Translations under genes and position numbers: made by a program
Shown here: one piece after another, positions 38,613 to 52,500 of the stretch
How the letters are laid out: every line of letters begins with the position of its first letter
How positions within the stretch are numbered: position 1 is the first letter of the stretch
Notes under the pieces: model-generated
What the model saw: only the letters and a program-made list of their open reading frames with translations
Told to the model about the DNA's origin: nothing
Databases searched by the model: none
Source: Octopus sinensis
Lineage: Eukaryota
Assembly (NCBI RefSeq): GCF_006345805.1
Contig: NC_043000.1
Coordinates: 55,676,001-55,740,000, forward strand
Direction: 5' to 3'
DNA: 64,000 nt

Positions 38613-41600
38613 GATGCATTTAAGACGCGACTACTATCAGCATGATCTAGCTAAGCCTTGAAACTGCATGAAGAGACACTTCTGCACTGCAGGGTGTATT
38701 GGAATTCATTATATTGTTCCCCAGCGATAGAGGCAGTATTTTTACCGACAGGTAATATTTATTCCCGTGTAAATGTGGACGTTCTATTAGAACAAACTTT
38801 ACTCTGTAGTTACCACAAAAGAAACTCTCGTATTGCCTTTTTGGTGCAAAAGGCACTCCTGTTTATATTGGTAGCAGGGAGATAAATCTCCACTACCTCC
38901 AGCGCCGAGACCCCTAGATCAGTGATTTCGACTTTGTTTGTCTTCTCGATGATGAACAGTCGACCGCGAGGGGCAACAGCGATTCATCTACCTGTCAACA
39001 ACATATTGATTGGCAGTGCTAGAACAGGCACTGGTATCGCGATTAACTAGTTAGCTTGTTGAAAAATATATATTAGCAACGGAGACAATATTAATTCCGA
39101 TAGGTACTTAAATGTAGGTGTTCAATTAGAACAAAATTTTCTGCGGTCTTCCTGCTAGCGATATAAACAAATGCGAATTTTGCACCAAAGACCCAATACG
39201 AGAGTTTCTCTCATGGTACCTACATCAATAAATAGTCTACTACTTCTCAAAACACTGTTATCTACCATTAACCACCTTACACTCCCTGTTTCCTAATATT
39301 TCTGCGCCTTGTCACACCAATGTGATACTTTTCAGCCATTTCTTCTAACTTTCCCTTCATTTTGCAATCCCTCTGGCTTTCTACTTCAGTTTATTTTTAT
39401 GCCCCAGTACATCAAGCTCAACCCGGATCTTTCACCGCCTCACACACCTATTGTAACACTTGTCCCTTCATCCAAAGCATTCCCGCTTTACATGGTGCAA
39501 ACTTTTCCTTCCCTGTCGTTAACTCTTACTTGAAACAACAATAAGCATCATTTGATGCATAAATTTTAAATGTTGATGGCACGGTGTATATCATATAAGC
39601 TATCCTTTTACAGAGCATGGTATAAACGTCCAGAATTAACATTACCACAGTAGACAACTGCGACTAGTTGATCGTCATTTTAGTTCCTCTGGACGTGACC
39701 ATCTCCATTTCTTTTTTGTCTACAGTGATATCATGCATCATGGGTCGAGCAGTTTCTTTTTTTTTACTCAGGGAACAACAGCTTATGTTCCATCTAACAT
39801 CAGTTCATTTGATAGATTGAAATGATTTTAGATAGGTAGCATCATATGCTTTACACACAGATATGAGTTTTCAGGGTACTCGTCATCCATCTGTTTCTCC
39901 CATGCACACACACAATCCCTGTTCCCTTATTCCCTTCTATCCTTTATTCCTTTATCTATCACACATGCGCACACGTGCATATGTGCTTTTGTTTTATTGA
40001 CAAATCTGCACGAGTCTTCACATGCATAAACATACAAAATATGTCTTCACACTGCTCCGCAATACTCACGTACACTTAACTACACATACGGACATCCATA
40101 TACATAAAGAACACATTCTTTCACTTTAAACTACATATGCACATGTGCTCTAATATACAAAAGTATCAATGTTATTACATATTATTTACCTCAGCAGAAA
40201 ACTTGCCAAAAAACGCCATTCCCTTCTTACTAATGTCTATCACTCACCTTTCTTCTGTTCTTCTATCCAGTGATCCATCATCTATCACATACCCACATTG
40301 TTTCACCTAGAACTTCACAAAATTAGATGCATACCTACATATATCCACACAGCATACACATACATATAACACCAGACACTCTGAAGCATTCATATGAGAC
40401 ATATCTTAGTATCTTGTCTTTGACTTAAACGTGTACACACGCACGCTTGCATACTATAGAACCTCCACGCATGCGTAAGTATTCTGGATCATTATCAATT
40501 TTTAAGTGACAAATCCTCTTCTGTTGAGGAACACCATTTCGTTCAACTATTTTTGCGAGACATTGTTCAACATGTGTCGTCCACTGTAGAATTGGGAACA
40601 TTATTTTCTCACCATTTTTTCTCACCATTTTTTTCCATTACATTTATCTTTTCTTTGTTTTAGGAAGAAACACATTCTGAAACTTTACAATCTCTTTCAT
40701 ATAAGACAAATCTAATAACTTTTCATTTACTTTCCCAGTGACTCACGATAAATAAAGCAGTTTCTTGGCAATGACATCTGATATGGTTAACATTTGTGGT
40801 CATTTCCAATTGAGCAAGTTGATAATACTATTCTTTGAATAGTATTGCTTCTGTCTTAGTAAGTCATCTATGTATTTCATAATTATATTGCTCCAAAGCT
40901 GTAAATTTAAGCGATATCGTAGCAAGTTGCTTGGCAGATAATTCCGCATAACAATGGATAATCGTCTACGAATATGTGCAATAAAGGTGAAAATGGATAT
41001 ATTTTGTGTGTGTGGGCGTATGTGTGAGTGTGTATGTGTGTGTGTTTGTATGTATGTATGTATTATGTATCTGTGTATGTATGCATGTATGTATGTATGT
41101 ATGTGTGTATGTATATACGTATGTATATTTCCTATAAGTAACAGGGGAACATCAAAAGCGTGATTGCCATTGCCTCTCCTCTTCTGACAAACGCATTAAA
41201 ACAAAATTAAATTCAATAGCCTGTTGAATATGTTTCTTTGCATTTCGTTCAACGTTTTATATAATTCAGGGACAACTGTTCAGCTTTCTCTAAAACTATC
41301 CGGCGTCACAGAAAAGAAACATCTGCACTAAATCTTTCTATGACTTTATGGATGGGCTCACGACCAATTTATATCCAAAAAATTCACCAGAACTTCTTTA
41401 AAAAGAATAACATATTCAATTATATTTTGCATTTTTAAGTAAATTTTGATGACTAAAAGGAAACATTTTCTCACAGAGCCAATTCAAAATGTTCATGTAA
41501 AACAATCCATTCATAAATCTATGTTGATATCGGGGCCTAAATGAAATAACCATTTATAGGAAGATCTTTTACCATTGATAATCATCTAACTTCTTTTTTT

Positions 41601-43268
41601 GTTATAAACATGTTTTGTTTGCTTTCCTTTATTTATTTGCATAAAACTAAAGAGCATTTGATAATTCGTATACAAAGCGATGATTTATAAACCGAACAAT
41701 TTCATTGTTTCTCTTATTATATTTATGTATTTATGTATTCTGAAAATGAGTTTTATGTTTCTGTTTACTCTTTCTGATCTTATGATACCGTTCATAAATA
41801 ATTAAATTCCATTGTTACAAATACAATATAATTAGTGATGGATTTTATATTATCATAAAAGCATATCTTTTATGTAATGAAGTAATTGAATATAAATTAG
41901 TCCAAAACACCACTTTTAAAAGAATTAAGTGGCTATTAAAAAAAAAAACACAGTTACCTTCCACAACTAGAATAGTCAATATTAGAAGCGTTGTACTGCA
42001 TTTCTTTTTTCCCTTCCTGATATATTTTTATTTGTGCATGAATAATTTGCGTTTGTGCTTAATTGATATTTATCAAAAAAAAGTATCTAAATCTGATTCC
42101 AAAATTATTCCTTAACATTTCTAAAAGATTATTCTTTTTCTTATCTATTCCCCAGTGCATTACTGTTCATGAATAGTTTTTAAAAACTTTATAATTTAGT
42201 AGCGAAAAAGTTTCTTAACATGATGAGTATTGCTCCATCTGAAAGAGAGTTTCTTCATGAAATATAAAATATTTTTAATAAACAAAACTATAGAAGTAAA
42301 TTTCAAACATTTAAAATTTATTTGTAAGATATATTAACGCCTGCTAAATTGTGATTAATTTCAAATTCAGAAGTTATTCGTAAAAAATCCAAAAAAAAAA
42401 AACAAGTAATGTTTAGTTAAATAATATGGTAATGAACAACACAACTATGATAAGAATTATTGTGCAGATACATAAATCGACATTCCATTGGCAACAAGAA
42501 CATATTTAGCTATGACATTGATGTGACCCAAAACCGAAAAGTAGAATATGTTCGGGAGAAAATATATTTAAAATTCTCTATAACAGTATTTCTATAAGGA
42601 TAAATATCAAACAGATTGCTATCTTTGAACGTACCGATTAGTAATGTTACATGTACGACTTCTTTTATTCTCAACAAAACTTGACTCTAAAAAGTTATTT
42701 GTGTTATTGTAATTTCAGTGAACTTTTCCAGCACGGCTTCTTTGTACTGATTCCAAATTCTATAAACTACATTTCATTTCACGCAAGGCTAAATATTGAA
42801 TATCTCTTATATTACATGGTTCGACGCTTATAACGTTGTTTTTATATTTTGGTAGCCACTTGCCAACAATGAAATTCTTATTTGTTTTTTAAATAAAGTT
42901 AACTTTCTTAGTAGGAGATTTATAGCTTTGTACGGGAAAACTATTTCTGTATAACTACGAAATGTGTATTCATATAATTACTATAACAGCTCATGTCTGT
43001 AATTTAAATTTAAAATGCATTTTTCTTGTTGATTTTGATAATTGCAGCAGTTTTGCAGTGTTTGCATAGCAAATTCATCCAATATGTATTTGTTGATATT
43101 TTGACCATTTCCATATATATCAGCTTTCCATGGTGCACAGTATATAGATACCAATACACTCTTACTGTGCTCTTTGTACCATTGTCAGTAAAGGAATTCA
43201 TGGACTTATATGAAAATCTCACTTTTAAAAACACAGTGTATTCAAAGAAAGAAAATGTCATATATTTA

Positions 43269-43484
43269 TGACGGGTTGCTGAAAAGTTCTTGCTTTTAGG
43301 GGTATCGCGAAAGGCCTAGTCAAGGCACAACTTTCCGAGCTCATTTACAAGGCTTATAAAAACTGAATGGCTGCAACAACAAGTGTGGGAATGTGAGAGC
43401 AGAATATGTTGAATAAAACCATAATTAACTGATCCTCCTGTATTTTCTTTTACCCTAAGCCAGGCATTTTTCAGCACCTCCTCA
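43269..43484 (+). mobile_element. Mariner-derived MITE
   Basis: TIRs tgacgggttgctgaaaagttcttgcttttaggg / ccctaagccaggcatttttcagcacctcctca, TA on both sides, internal KCGNVRAEYVE* (mariner C-terminus). Confidence 0.85.
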
Positions 43485-43499
43485 TATATGTTTATATAG

Positions 43500-44345
43500 T
43501 TGTGGGGTGGGGAGTAGACGTTGAAAATGCACTGAGAATAGTTGAAATATCATTTAAAAGTTTAACTAGTTTCACAGTTAACACATATTTTCAAAAAGTC
43601 CAAATTGAAAAACGTGGCTTATGTCGCAGCTGTCTTCTGACCAGTGTTTGAAGCTTGCCCTATTTTTATAGGAGTCCATGGTTCAAATGAGTATATGTTT
43701 TGAATGGGATTTTATTGAGAGGGGATAGTCACGTGACTGGCCTTAGAAATTTGTGTAGGCTCCCCTCTACGTCCGTATGTCAGTATGAAATGACAATGTT
43801 TTGCGTCGTAAGTCAAGGCTGACACTGTTGACTGAACATGTGCAAACAATCAATGCTCCGAATATATTCTATCAAGGGTTGGTAGAGAATGAACACATGA
43901 TTAAGTTTATAACCTTTTGTACGCTTCACGCTACGTCCGTGCGTTAGTGTCATGTGACAGTATAGTTTGCGCCTAAAAAGAAGGCTGACACGATTGGGTG
44001 AACATGTTTAGTTATAATCAAGGTACTCCAAATTTAAACTGTCTGGTGTGAAAGTGGAAGGAGTCGTTTTAATGTAGTCCAGTATCTAAAGCTTAGGTTG
44101 TTAGGTGTGTAGGTTCCTTCAATTAAGTGGCAGAATGAATTTTGTGTGTGAATAGCTATTTTTGTATAAAATCTTTTAAAGCTTGTTAAGATTTGGTTTG
44201 TACTTTCGTATGAAAGTATTTTCTTTGTTTAGCCGTGCTTCATCTATGGTATTCGTTGAACATAGGTAAAGTTGAAAACCTGGAATTTGGGGAACTTATT
44301 TTTTTACATCTGTCTATGTGTCCGCCCCGTGGAATCTGTCTAGTA
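43500..44345 (-). mobile_element. Penelope-like element 3' relic (GIY-YIG C-terminus, 164-bp tandem, hammerhead relic)
   Basis: IDEARLNKENTFIRKYKPNLNKL* ending at 44176, tandem ctacgtccgt..aaggctgacac..tgaacatgt at 43767 and 43931, degenerate cagaaga..gaaactagtta near 43560-43640. Confidence 0.7.
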
Positions 44346-44371
44346 CTGGGGACTCGTATTTGTCTATTTCA

Positions 44372-44545
<174 letters not shown>

Positions 44546-47500
44546 AGCATTTATAAATTTACATAAATACTTGTGTGGTTTGAAATTTTAAAGCATATTT
44601 TCGCATTATCTGTATATAAATTTTTATATATTATTTACATATTCTATGTACATTGTAGATACCATTTTTAAGGAGCCTCTTAATATTTTTGCACGTAGAG
44701 GTATTTTTGGCATTAGAATAAAATATTTTTCTCATAATTACTATGTATATATGTATATATATATATATATAATGCTTGTGCCTACATATGATCGTGCGTG
44801 AGTGTACAAATATAATGTTTCTGTTAAATAATTCAAAAATATATACAAAAATTGGGTGTCATTTAAGTCTAGGTTAAATGTAATCGAGCAGTACCAGAAA
44901 CAAATGCATTCCAGCCATGCCCACCTCATCATTTCCATATTTCATGGAACAGCGGATGGTATTATCTATCTGTTGAGCAATTATATTAAGCGATGGAGTG
45001 TGATTAAGTCGCGAAATTTACAGATCGAGATAGAATATTACCGGGCATTTACTTTGGCGCTTCACTGATTCTGGAAACTTAATATTATGAGATAAATAAA
45101 TATTAAATGAAATCTATGCTTGAGATTTCATACACCAGCGTCGAATTCTTACTAACAGGATTTGCTGGTGACGATAGTAAGAGATTTGGAACAAGGTATA
45201 TGATCTTCACCAGCTGAGACAACTAAGCGATTTTGATTAGATGAACATTTGCAATATTATCTGCACACAACTAATGTGCATGCAGAAGATATTGATTCAA
45301 TAAATTCCATTTACATCCCTCTAAAATGGTAATATGTGGAATGGAATGTTCTGCCTAATAATAAAAAAGTAACATTTTAACTGTGATATTACTGGAAACA
45401 TATCAACGTCACCGCAGATATGAAATTATAGCTACTGTTAACAATGTGCATAATCAATGTGCATCATTGTTCATAACCCCTTCTGAGGAGTGTGATCAAT
45501 GATCATTCTTGTCTTAATCAGTTTTCTGGATCTGTTTTCAGAATTATATCTGACCGTTATTCTTTTCTTTAAGTGATGCAAAGCCCAGTAAATAGTATAC
45601 AATTACCAATCGGTGGAGAGAGGACTTTTGTGGACCGAAATGCTTTGTAATACCTATTTGGGTTCTAACAACAACGCCAATGAAGTTGGTGTAGACCTTG
45701 CTTTTCGCCTGGTCAATATTGTAAGCCTGAAGAGGAAAGAACAGTATGCATGGACAATTCCTGGTCTTAAGTTAAAAAGAAACATCTCACCCTAACCCTA
45801 ACCCTAAGATGATGGATCAGCGGCGACGATTTTCAAATAAAATTAGTTTGTAGAGGTATCTTTACCACCTTACAGTTCACATGAATTAGCTTTTGATAAA
45901 TGATTCACACTACGTAGCTTTGATAAATATACATATTAACAAGAAGGAGAGGAAGAGTGAAAAGTAATGGGAAAAGGATGAGAAAGGTAGTGAGAGAGGT
46001 TATTTGTATTTCTTGAATGAAAGAAGATCATGAAGCTCCATAATCACTAATTATTAAAACCTGTTGACATTAATCCCATGATGCAATTACTATTGACGAA
46101 TATCTTCAAATGAAATAGATTCGTTCATCCTTGTTTGCGAATTCGATTAAAGGCAGAGTTCATTGAAACATCTAAAGTTTTAAACAGAAAAGTTTTCTTT
46201 GAAATTTTAAAATAATTTTCTCAGAATTTGTTGAAAGATTTCAATAATTACAATCAAACTAGGAAGACATCTAACGGATATTATTAAACAAAATAGCAAA
46301 ATATGTTTTTTAAAATAAAAATTTCGCTGATAATATGAATTAGATGATGAAACAGAAAGACAGAAAACATGAGGGAGGCACATAAATAAAGGCAGGACAA
46401 ACGAAAAAGACAAAGAACAAAAGAAAATGAAGACAAGTTATGTGAACTAAATTTGAGTTAAAAGAAGTGTAAATCGACATTCTCTCAAAAGAAAGAAAAC
46501 TAAATTTGATTATAATTATCAAAGAAAATAATGTGATTTTACTATGGTTTCTAAATATTTCGGTGGCTTCATAGAAAGCGGCGTTTTCTTAAAGTTATAA
46601 AGACATTCTGTTCTTTTATTCTATGCAGATTAATAACTATGCCCTGCTCATTTAAAGGGAGAATTAACTGTTTCTTTTGAATAAACGATTTTCAATTCTA
46701 AATAAAATACAAAGCATTGAAGAAACATAAGACGATTAGGTATAGAGTATTATGCCAATGAGATGTTCATAGATACAATATATTTTAAAAGCATTCACTT
46801 GTTAAAAGATAATATTTTCCCGAAATAAAAGCGCCAATATTTAATTTTGATTTTACTTCATTCGCTATATACCGAGAAAACGTTTGCTAGAAGAAGACAC
46901 CATTTTACTGTATGCATGCATTGTTTGATCCACTGGTTCTGATCATTAAACATTAGGAAAGTAGAGGGAGTAATAATTAAATCACTGAATAATTAATACC
47001 TTATGAAAGAGATATCTATATGTAAATGTTTGTAAATCTAATATTTATGTGCGTTAACACGTAATTCATCAAGAAGTATTAAAAATTTGGAAATGTAGAT
47101 TGAAAGACACTACTGAGATAATGAAATCTGGAAATAAAAAACATTATAGGAAATATAAAGAATAAATGAAATGAACTGGAATACATACAAAGCTATTTAG
47201 AATATAATGACAGACCTACAAGAGGAGGCCTGGATAACAAAGAAATAAGATTTCTATATACTGAATACGACGGGTATCATTGTATCTTTCAAGTATGTTT
47301 ACAACAAATCTTACCGAGTATTCCTGTCGACGTAATCCATTTTTAATAAAGCACTACAACGATAATGCATTATTCTCATTACCAAAACAAATGACATCAC
47401 ACAGCATAACATTAAACCTTAAAAAGAATGTGAAAAAAGCAATACAGATATTTAGAGTTAGAAATCCGACAATTAGACTCCTGAAAGGTACTAAAGGTAC

Positions 47501-47569
47501 TCGAAATTAGACTCTTGAAAGGTATTAAGAAGCAGAGCGTAGATTTAAAAATTATCTCATATTTCCAAA

Positions 47570-47790
47570 TCATATCGGTTTCAAATTTTGGCACGAGGCC
47601 AGCAATTTCAAGGGAAGGAGTAAGTCGATTACACTGATCCCAATGCTCAATTGATACTTATTTTATCGAACCCGAAAAGATAAAAGGAAAAAAGTCAACC
47701 TCGGCGAAATTTGAACTCATAACGTCAAACAAGGGAAATGCCACTAAGCATTTCGCATGGTGGGCTAACAATTCTACCAACTCTCCACCC
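47570..47790 (-). mobile_element. Family B SINE (short tail), diverged
   Basis: ggcacgaggccagcaattt..gtcgattacac..gtcaacctcggcgaaatttgaactc..gctaacaattctacca. Confidence 0.8.
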
Positions 47791-48381
47791 TGTATGCCCA
47801 GATCAAGTTGCAATAACAAAAGATTTGCTTTAGTTCAAAGTGTAATATGAAATGTGAAAATATTCAGATTGTTGAATTGACGTTTTTTTATGGCAAGGCA
47901 ATTTGAAGTGGACAAATCAACAAATTTCATACAGGGTAAGGGCCTTAAGGACTCTTTTAAGGCAAGAGGTTGGTCTTCAGTATTCGGTATTTAGAATTAA
48001 AGCGAAATATTGTTGGTTTATTGATAAACCCATAATGTGCTACTCGTCTTGCACTGGACATAGAACGATATCAGAGCGGTTATTAGCGAATGAGCTTCAA
48101 AGAGATATATATATTAACATTTATCATCAATATCATAAAGGCATGACTTAGCTGTAAGTGAAAAACAAATCCTCGTCAAGTTGCATGCAATACAGGATAT
48201 TCGCTGTATGGTTAATGTGGTTTCAATTTCTTCTTGGTTGCCGAAGGGTGAATGCTGTACGGAGTGTAATAACCCGAATAACCCGAATATTCATTCGTAG
48301 CATTAATGCTACTCTATTGTGGAAAGTGTTATCGAAATAGTTGTGAGCTCCAGGGAACATTTCGTCTCATACAGTACTGTT

Positions 48382-48714
48382 GAGACCCCCATCGGTCATG
48401 ACTGACCATGGGATTGCATTTAGAAAGTTACCCTTCCAGGCACAAGTCAGAGCAAGGTTGTTTATGGAAGACCAGCAGTCACCCATGCAAACCGGCCTCC
48501 TCTCTCCATGCCACCAGTGTTATCCAAGGGAAAGGCAAAGGCCGATACAGCTTGGCACCTGTGACGTTGCAACTCATTTCTACACCTGAGTGAACTAGAG
48601 CAACGTGAAATAAAGTGTCTTGCTCTAGAACACAACGCCCATCCCGGTCAGGGATTTGGACTCACAACCTCACGATCGTAAGCTCGACGCTCTAGCCACT
48701 GAGCCATGCGCCTT
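48382..48714 (-). mobile_element. Third tRNA-derived CORE-like SINE (family C), full length
   Basis: A-box tggctcagtgg, B-box gagtccaaatcc, CORE-like gtgttctagagcaagacacttta, TSD tcatacagt(a/g)c at 48367 and 48717. Confidence 0.85.
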
Positions 48715-48769
48715 CATCATACAGTGCAATATGCGTGTATAAACTAAAAACAACGATTGTCGAATCGTA

Positions 48770-48870
48770 ATGTTACAGAGACGTAAACACACCGAAATCG
48801 ATTTTCAAGGGATGGTGTGTGTACAAATACAGTTACAACGACACACACACAGCAATATATATACATATTA

Positions 48871-48924
<54 letters not shown>

Positions 48925-49087
48925 GACTGGTTTCTCTCAGTTTCCGTGTACTAAATCCACTCAGAAGGCTTTGGTTGGCCTGAGTCTATAATAAAATACA
49001 CTCGCCCAAGGTGCCACGCAGTGGGACTGAACCCAGAACCATGTGGTTGGGAAGCAAGCTTCTTTCCTTACAGCCATGTCTGCGCCT
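48770..49087 (-). mobile_element. SINE family A
   Basis: cccaaggtgccacgcagtgggactgaacccagaaccatgtggttgggaagcaagcttc..tgcgcct. Confidence 0.88.
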
Positions 49088-49549
49088 ATGCGCTGTATAT
49101 TACAGAAAAGAATTAAATATCAACCACTTTAAAACGAAATCGGTGATTATGTCCAAAGTGCCGTAAAAAAATCTGTTCTTTTTGAAAAGAAACACACAAA
49201 ACAAGCACCACACACATGTACACATAGGCACACTCGCACATTCACACATGCGCACACACACACACACGCACAATAGAACAACAGAATATTAAGACACTGC
49301 ATATAAACTGTGGAAACTCGCCGACATATTCACCACTGAATTTTGCTTATGACCTAAATAATAAGACAAGCCAGAAGTTTTCACTCACTCATTTCTACAT
49401 TTGAACACTATTAAATGCGAATAAAAATCGCTTAGCGATAGAAATATTTGTTTGTTAAGTATTGATATACAGAAATCGTTTATAAAGGAAATGTGTTAAC
49501 ATTCAAAGATAACGGAAATTTTATATAGAAACACATTCATATATAGGCA

Positions 49550-52500
49550 CACTTGAATACCAGCACCTTCATGATTGCCGTTTGCTCACCTTCCTTTAAT
49601 GAAAGCGATTATGACATATTCTCTTACATATGTGAACCTTTTAATGAGAGTACATCGCAATCTTTGATATACAGCGTCTGCTGCACAATCCAAAACTTTA
49701 TATACATGTCTCTTTCCTCATTTCATAACCGGAAGCGACAAGTTCGTTTCTCTATCATATTTCAAAGTTGTTTCCAGGAGATAAATCTCCAAAGAGTTTA
49801 TCTTACACTGTAGCAGGGTTGATGTCGATCCTCTTCAAAGTGGTCCTAAGCAGGTCCGCAATGACTATGGTGTAGTGAATGTTAGAGGATTCATTAGTAA
49901 GATAGGAATCAGGCACATCACTAGATGTCCCAGTCATCTAATTTAATGACGATATAATGTGGATTCAATGTTGCTTGTGCTGATTTATCAAGGAATTTCC
50001 GTGTGCAGACATACATGCAGTTTCTTTTTTCCGGAAGATCCTTTCAGTCTTGTTATAGGATTGATAGAGCATTCTGGAAAATACTGTGTGCAAAATCATC
50101 TTAGATATATTCTTAATTTATCAGCTTTCTGAGGTTTATGTCTCGTACCTATAAATGGGAAATCGAAAATCCACCATTACACGAAAAGTTTCGGTTGGAG
50201 AATGATTTGGGTATTATGAATCTCCTTGTCCAGTGTACAATCACTGGAAATGAAGCTCTCTCTCGTATCTGAATTAGAAGTGCAATGTGTCATTGACCGT
50301 TGATGTAGGTTTTCAGCACGTTAAGTCCCAACTATATGTGTTATAAGCCGTTACATCTGCTGAGAAGATACTCCTGTGGCTTCCGGGTTGCGAGCTGAAC
50401 TTGCCGATGACAAGAATATTTTATTGAAAAGTAATGTCTGCCGTCGCACAGGAAATTAATAATGACTATCACTTCTTTAGGGTTCCGCGTAACAATCTGT
50501 ACATTACGACGATATAAAATCATACAAAAGCCAGCAGGTAGCTTTCTCTTTATAGGTTTTACACTGAACGTCCCAAAATGTCATCTCATCATCCCAGCAT
50601 GGAACTGTAGAAGGTTCACAAAATTTGACAGGCAAGCAAACTTAACGAAAACAGCCCGCCAACAGGATTTCCGTGTACGGTTTCAAAAGTTTTAGATAGA
50701 TCCAGAGATGTAATGAATAAGTCCTCATGCCGCTCCTTGCTTTTCTCTTGAAGCTGCCTTTTTCGAAAAACAATGTCATCTCCACTTTGTACCTGCGAAT
50801 GACCAACAATGACATAACTGTGAGTTTGAGTTATTTTAATATTGACTGGATCAGTCTTTTGAACCTGACCTTCATCAGAACCTTTCGGAAAACGAATATG
50901 TTTGCAATGAGTTTAATTTTGAAGCAACAGATTTTTAGATGGTGAAAATATTAATGTCTTTCTAAAGTCTGCTTATTCTCCTGGTTCGACCTCTCTTAAG
51001 TAGTGAAAAATGCTCTCGGGCAGAAGTAAGTGTCCTCCTGAAAGATTACTACAGGATAGCTGGTCTAAAATCAGAATTGTCAGTAACTTGTTACGATTGT
51101 TTAGGTCATCAATGTAGTTGGCGCGTTGTCAAGGGAACTTTACAAATTTGCTGCATGATTGAGAGATCCGATCCTCAAGGTTGATTTAGGAGCTCGCTAA
51201 AGCGTTCTCAGTATTGATATATGCTGTTTGAAGACTTGATAAATAACATGATATAATTGTTATGAGTGTAGAGGACATGTATTGAATGACAAATTGCATA
51301 TGTTATGCTTGCGTACATTCATCTGGATTTCTTTAGGCTTTTTAATAATTCAGAAATCCGACGATTGTTCTTGACATGTCCTCGAAATAGACAAAATATG
51401 CTACCGTCTTGAAAACCACCATTGGAGAATTTAAGGAGGACAGTTTTCACCGTACGAGATCTATAGATCCTGCGTGCTTCCAAAATTCAACAATTGACAG
51501 CTAAATTGTGAAGGGAGTCCTTACAAATATCACCACTGTTAATCATGGAGAACTAAAACTTTTTGGTAATTGGTTTCTTTGAACATAAATAAGAATTCGC
51601 TTACAACCAGACCTTTTTGGAGAATCCTTAGATGTTCTACCAAATATTCAGCTCCTTTCAATGTACAAATGAGAAGATAGCTTTAAAAGCTTTACCTCTA
51701 ATGTAGTCAATAAAATATTAGAAGTGGGAGACATCCCTGAATATTCGCGTGTGTTTTTATGAAAAAAGTCTGTTGCTGAGTTAAGGCTGAGCAGCTCACT
51801 CAAAGGAACATGTCTGGTATTATTGCTGTAAGCTTTCGCAACATCATGCTCTCCAATAATTCGAAACCAAATTTATTAAATTACAGCATACTATTGTATT
51901 GCTTTTTTAAGAAATTTAGTCAGTCTTAATCTAGCAGCTGGTATAAAAAGCCTTTGTCCTTATCATTAGATAATAGAGTGGATGCGTTGGCAGTCACTAA
52001 CGTGATCTAGTGTCTCTGTGCAGGGTGAGTAAAATTAAACGGTGTATTTATCAGTTTAAAACAATTAAGTAATCGTTACAGCAATAGCTGATGCCATATA
52101 GGTGATATCACATTACATGTAGATATTTTAGAGAACAGTGTAACTGTCTTGGACATCTCTTAAGATAAAAATATTTTGTTTATATCCTGGGTTCACTGAA
52201 TGTAGAAATATCTATGTTGTAACACCTCAAGTCTCTACCTTACTCGAGAAGCAAAACCTAGTGCTGTATCCTCTCAGTCGAAGAGACTTAAGAAATTCCA
52301 TTCATGGAAAACTGATATTTTTACTATCTCGATGCACATGACATAAGAGGGCCGAAGTTTATAGTTGACTAGTTCTATATATCAGTGTAGGACTGTACGC
52401 TGCATCTTTGGAGCTTCAAGAAATCTTACCAAGGAAGCTTGTAGCCATAAAACCACCATTTGCCGAGGAGACCAGACATGAGTCTTGGTGATGGAAAGTT
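49550..52500 (-). mobile_element. Near full-length decayed RTE-clade LINE (APE + RT)
   Basis: Motifs occur in the right order on minus: LRCYNIDISTFSEPR, ITLVTANASTLLS..FLYQL and IIGEHD (APE), then DIVFRKRQLQEKSKERHEDLFITSLDLSKTFETV (RT). Many stops. Ends are approximate. Confidence 0.8.

Noticed and set aside
45483-45515. ctgagga followed by a hairpin (similar cores near 797, 11125, 25520, 45728 and 47975)
   Set aside because: No properly placed GAAA/NUH or no stem I, so not hammerheads.
45789-45807. (TAACCC)3 telomere-like repeat
   Set aside because: Only three units, too short to call an interstitial telomere.
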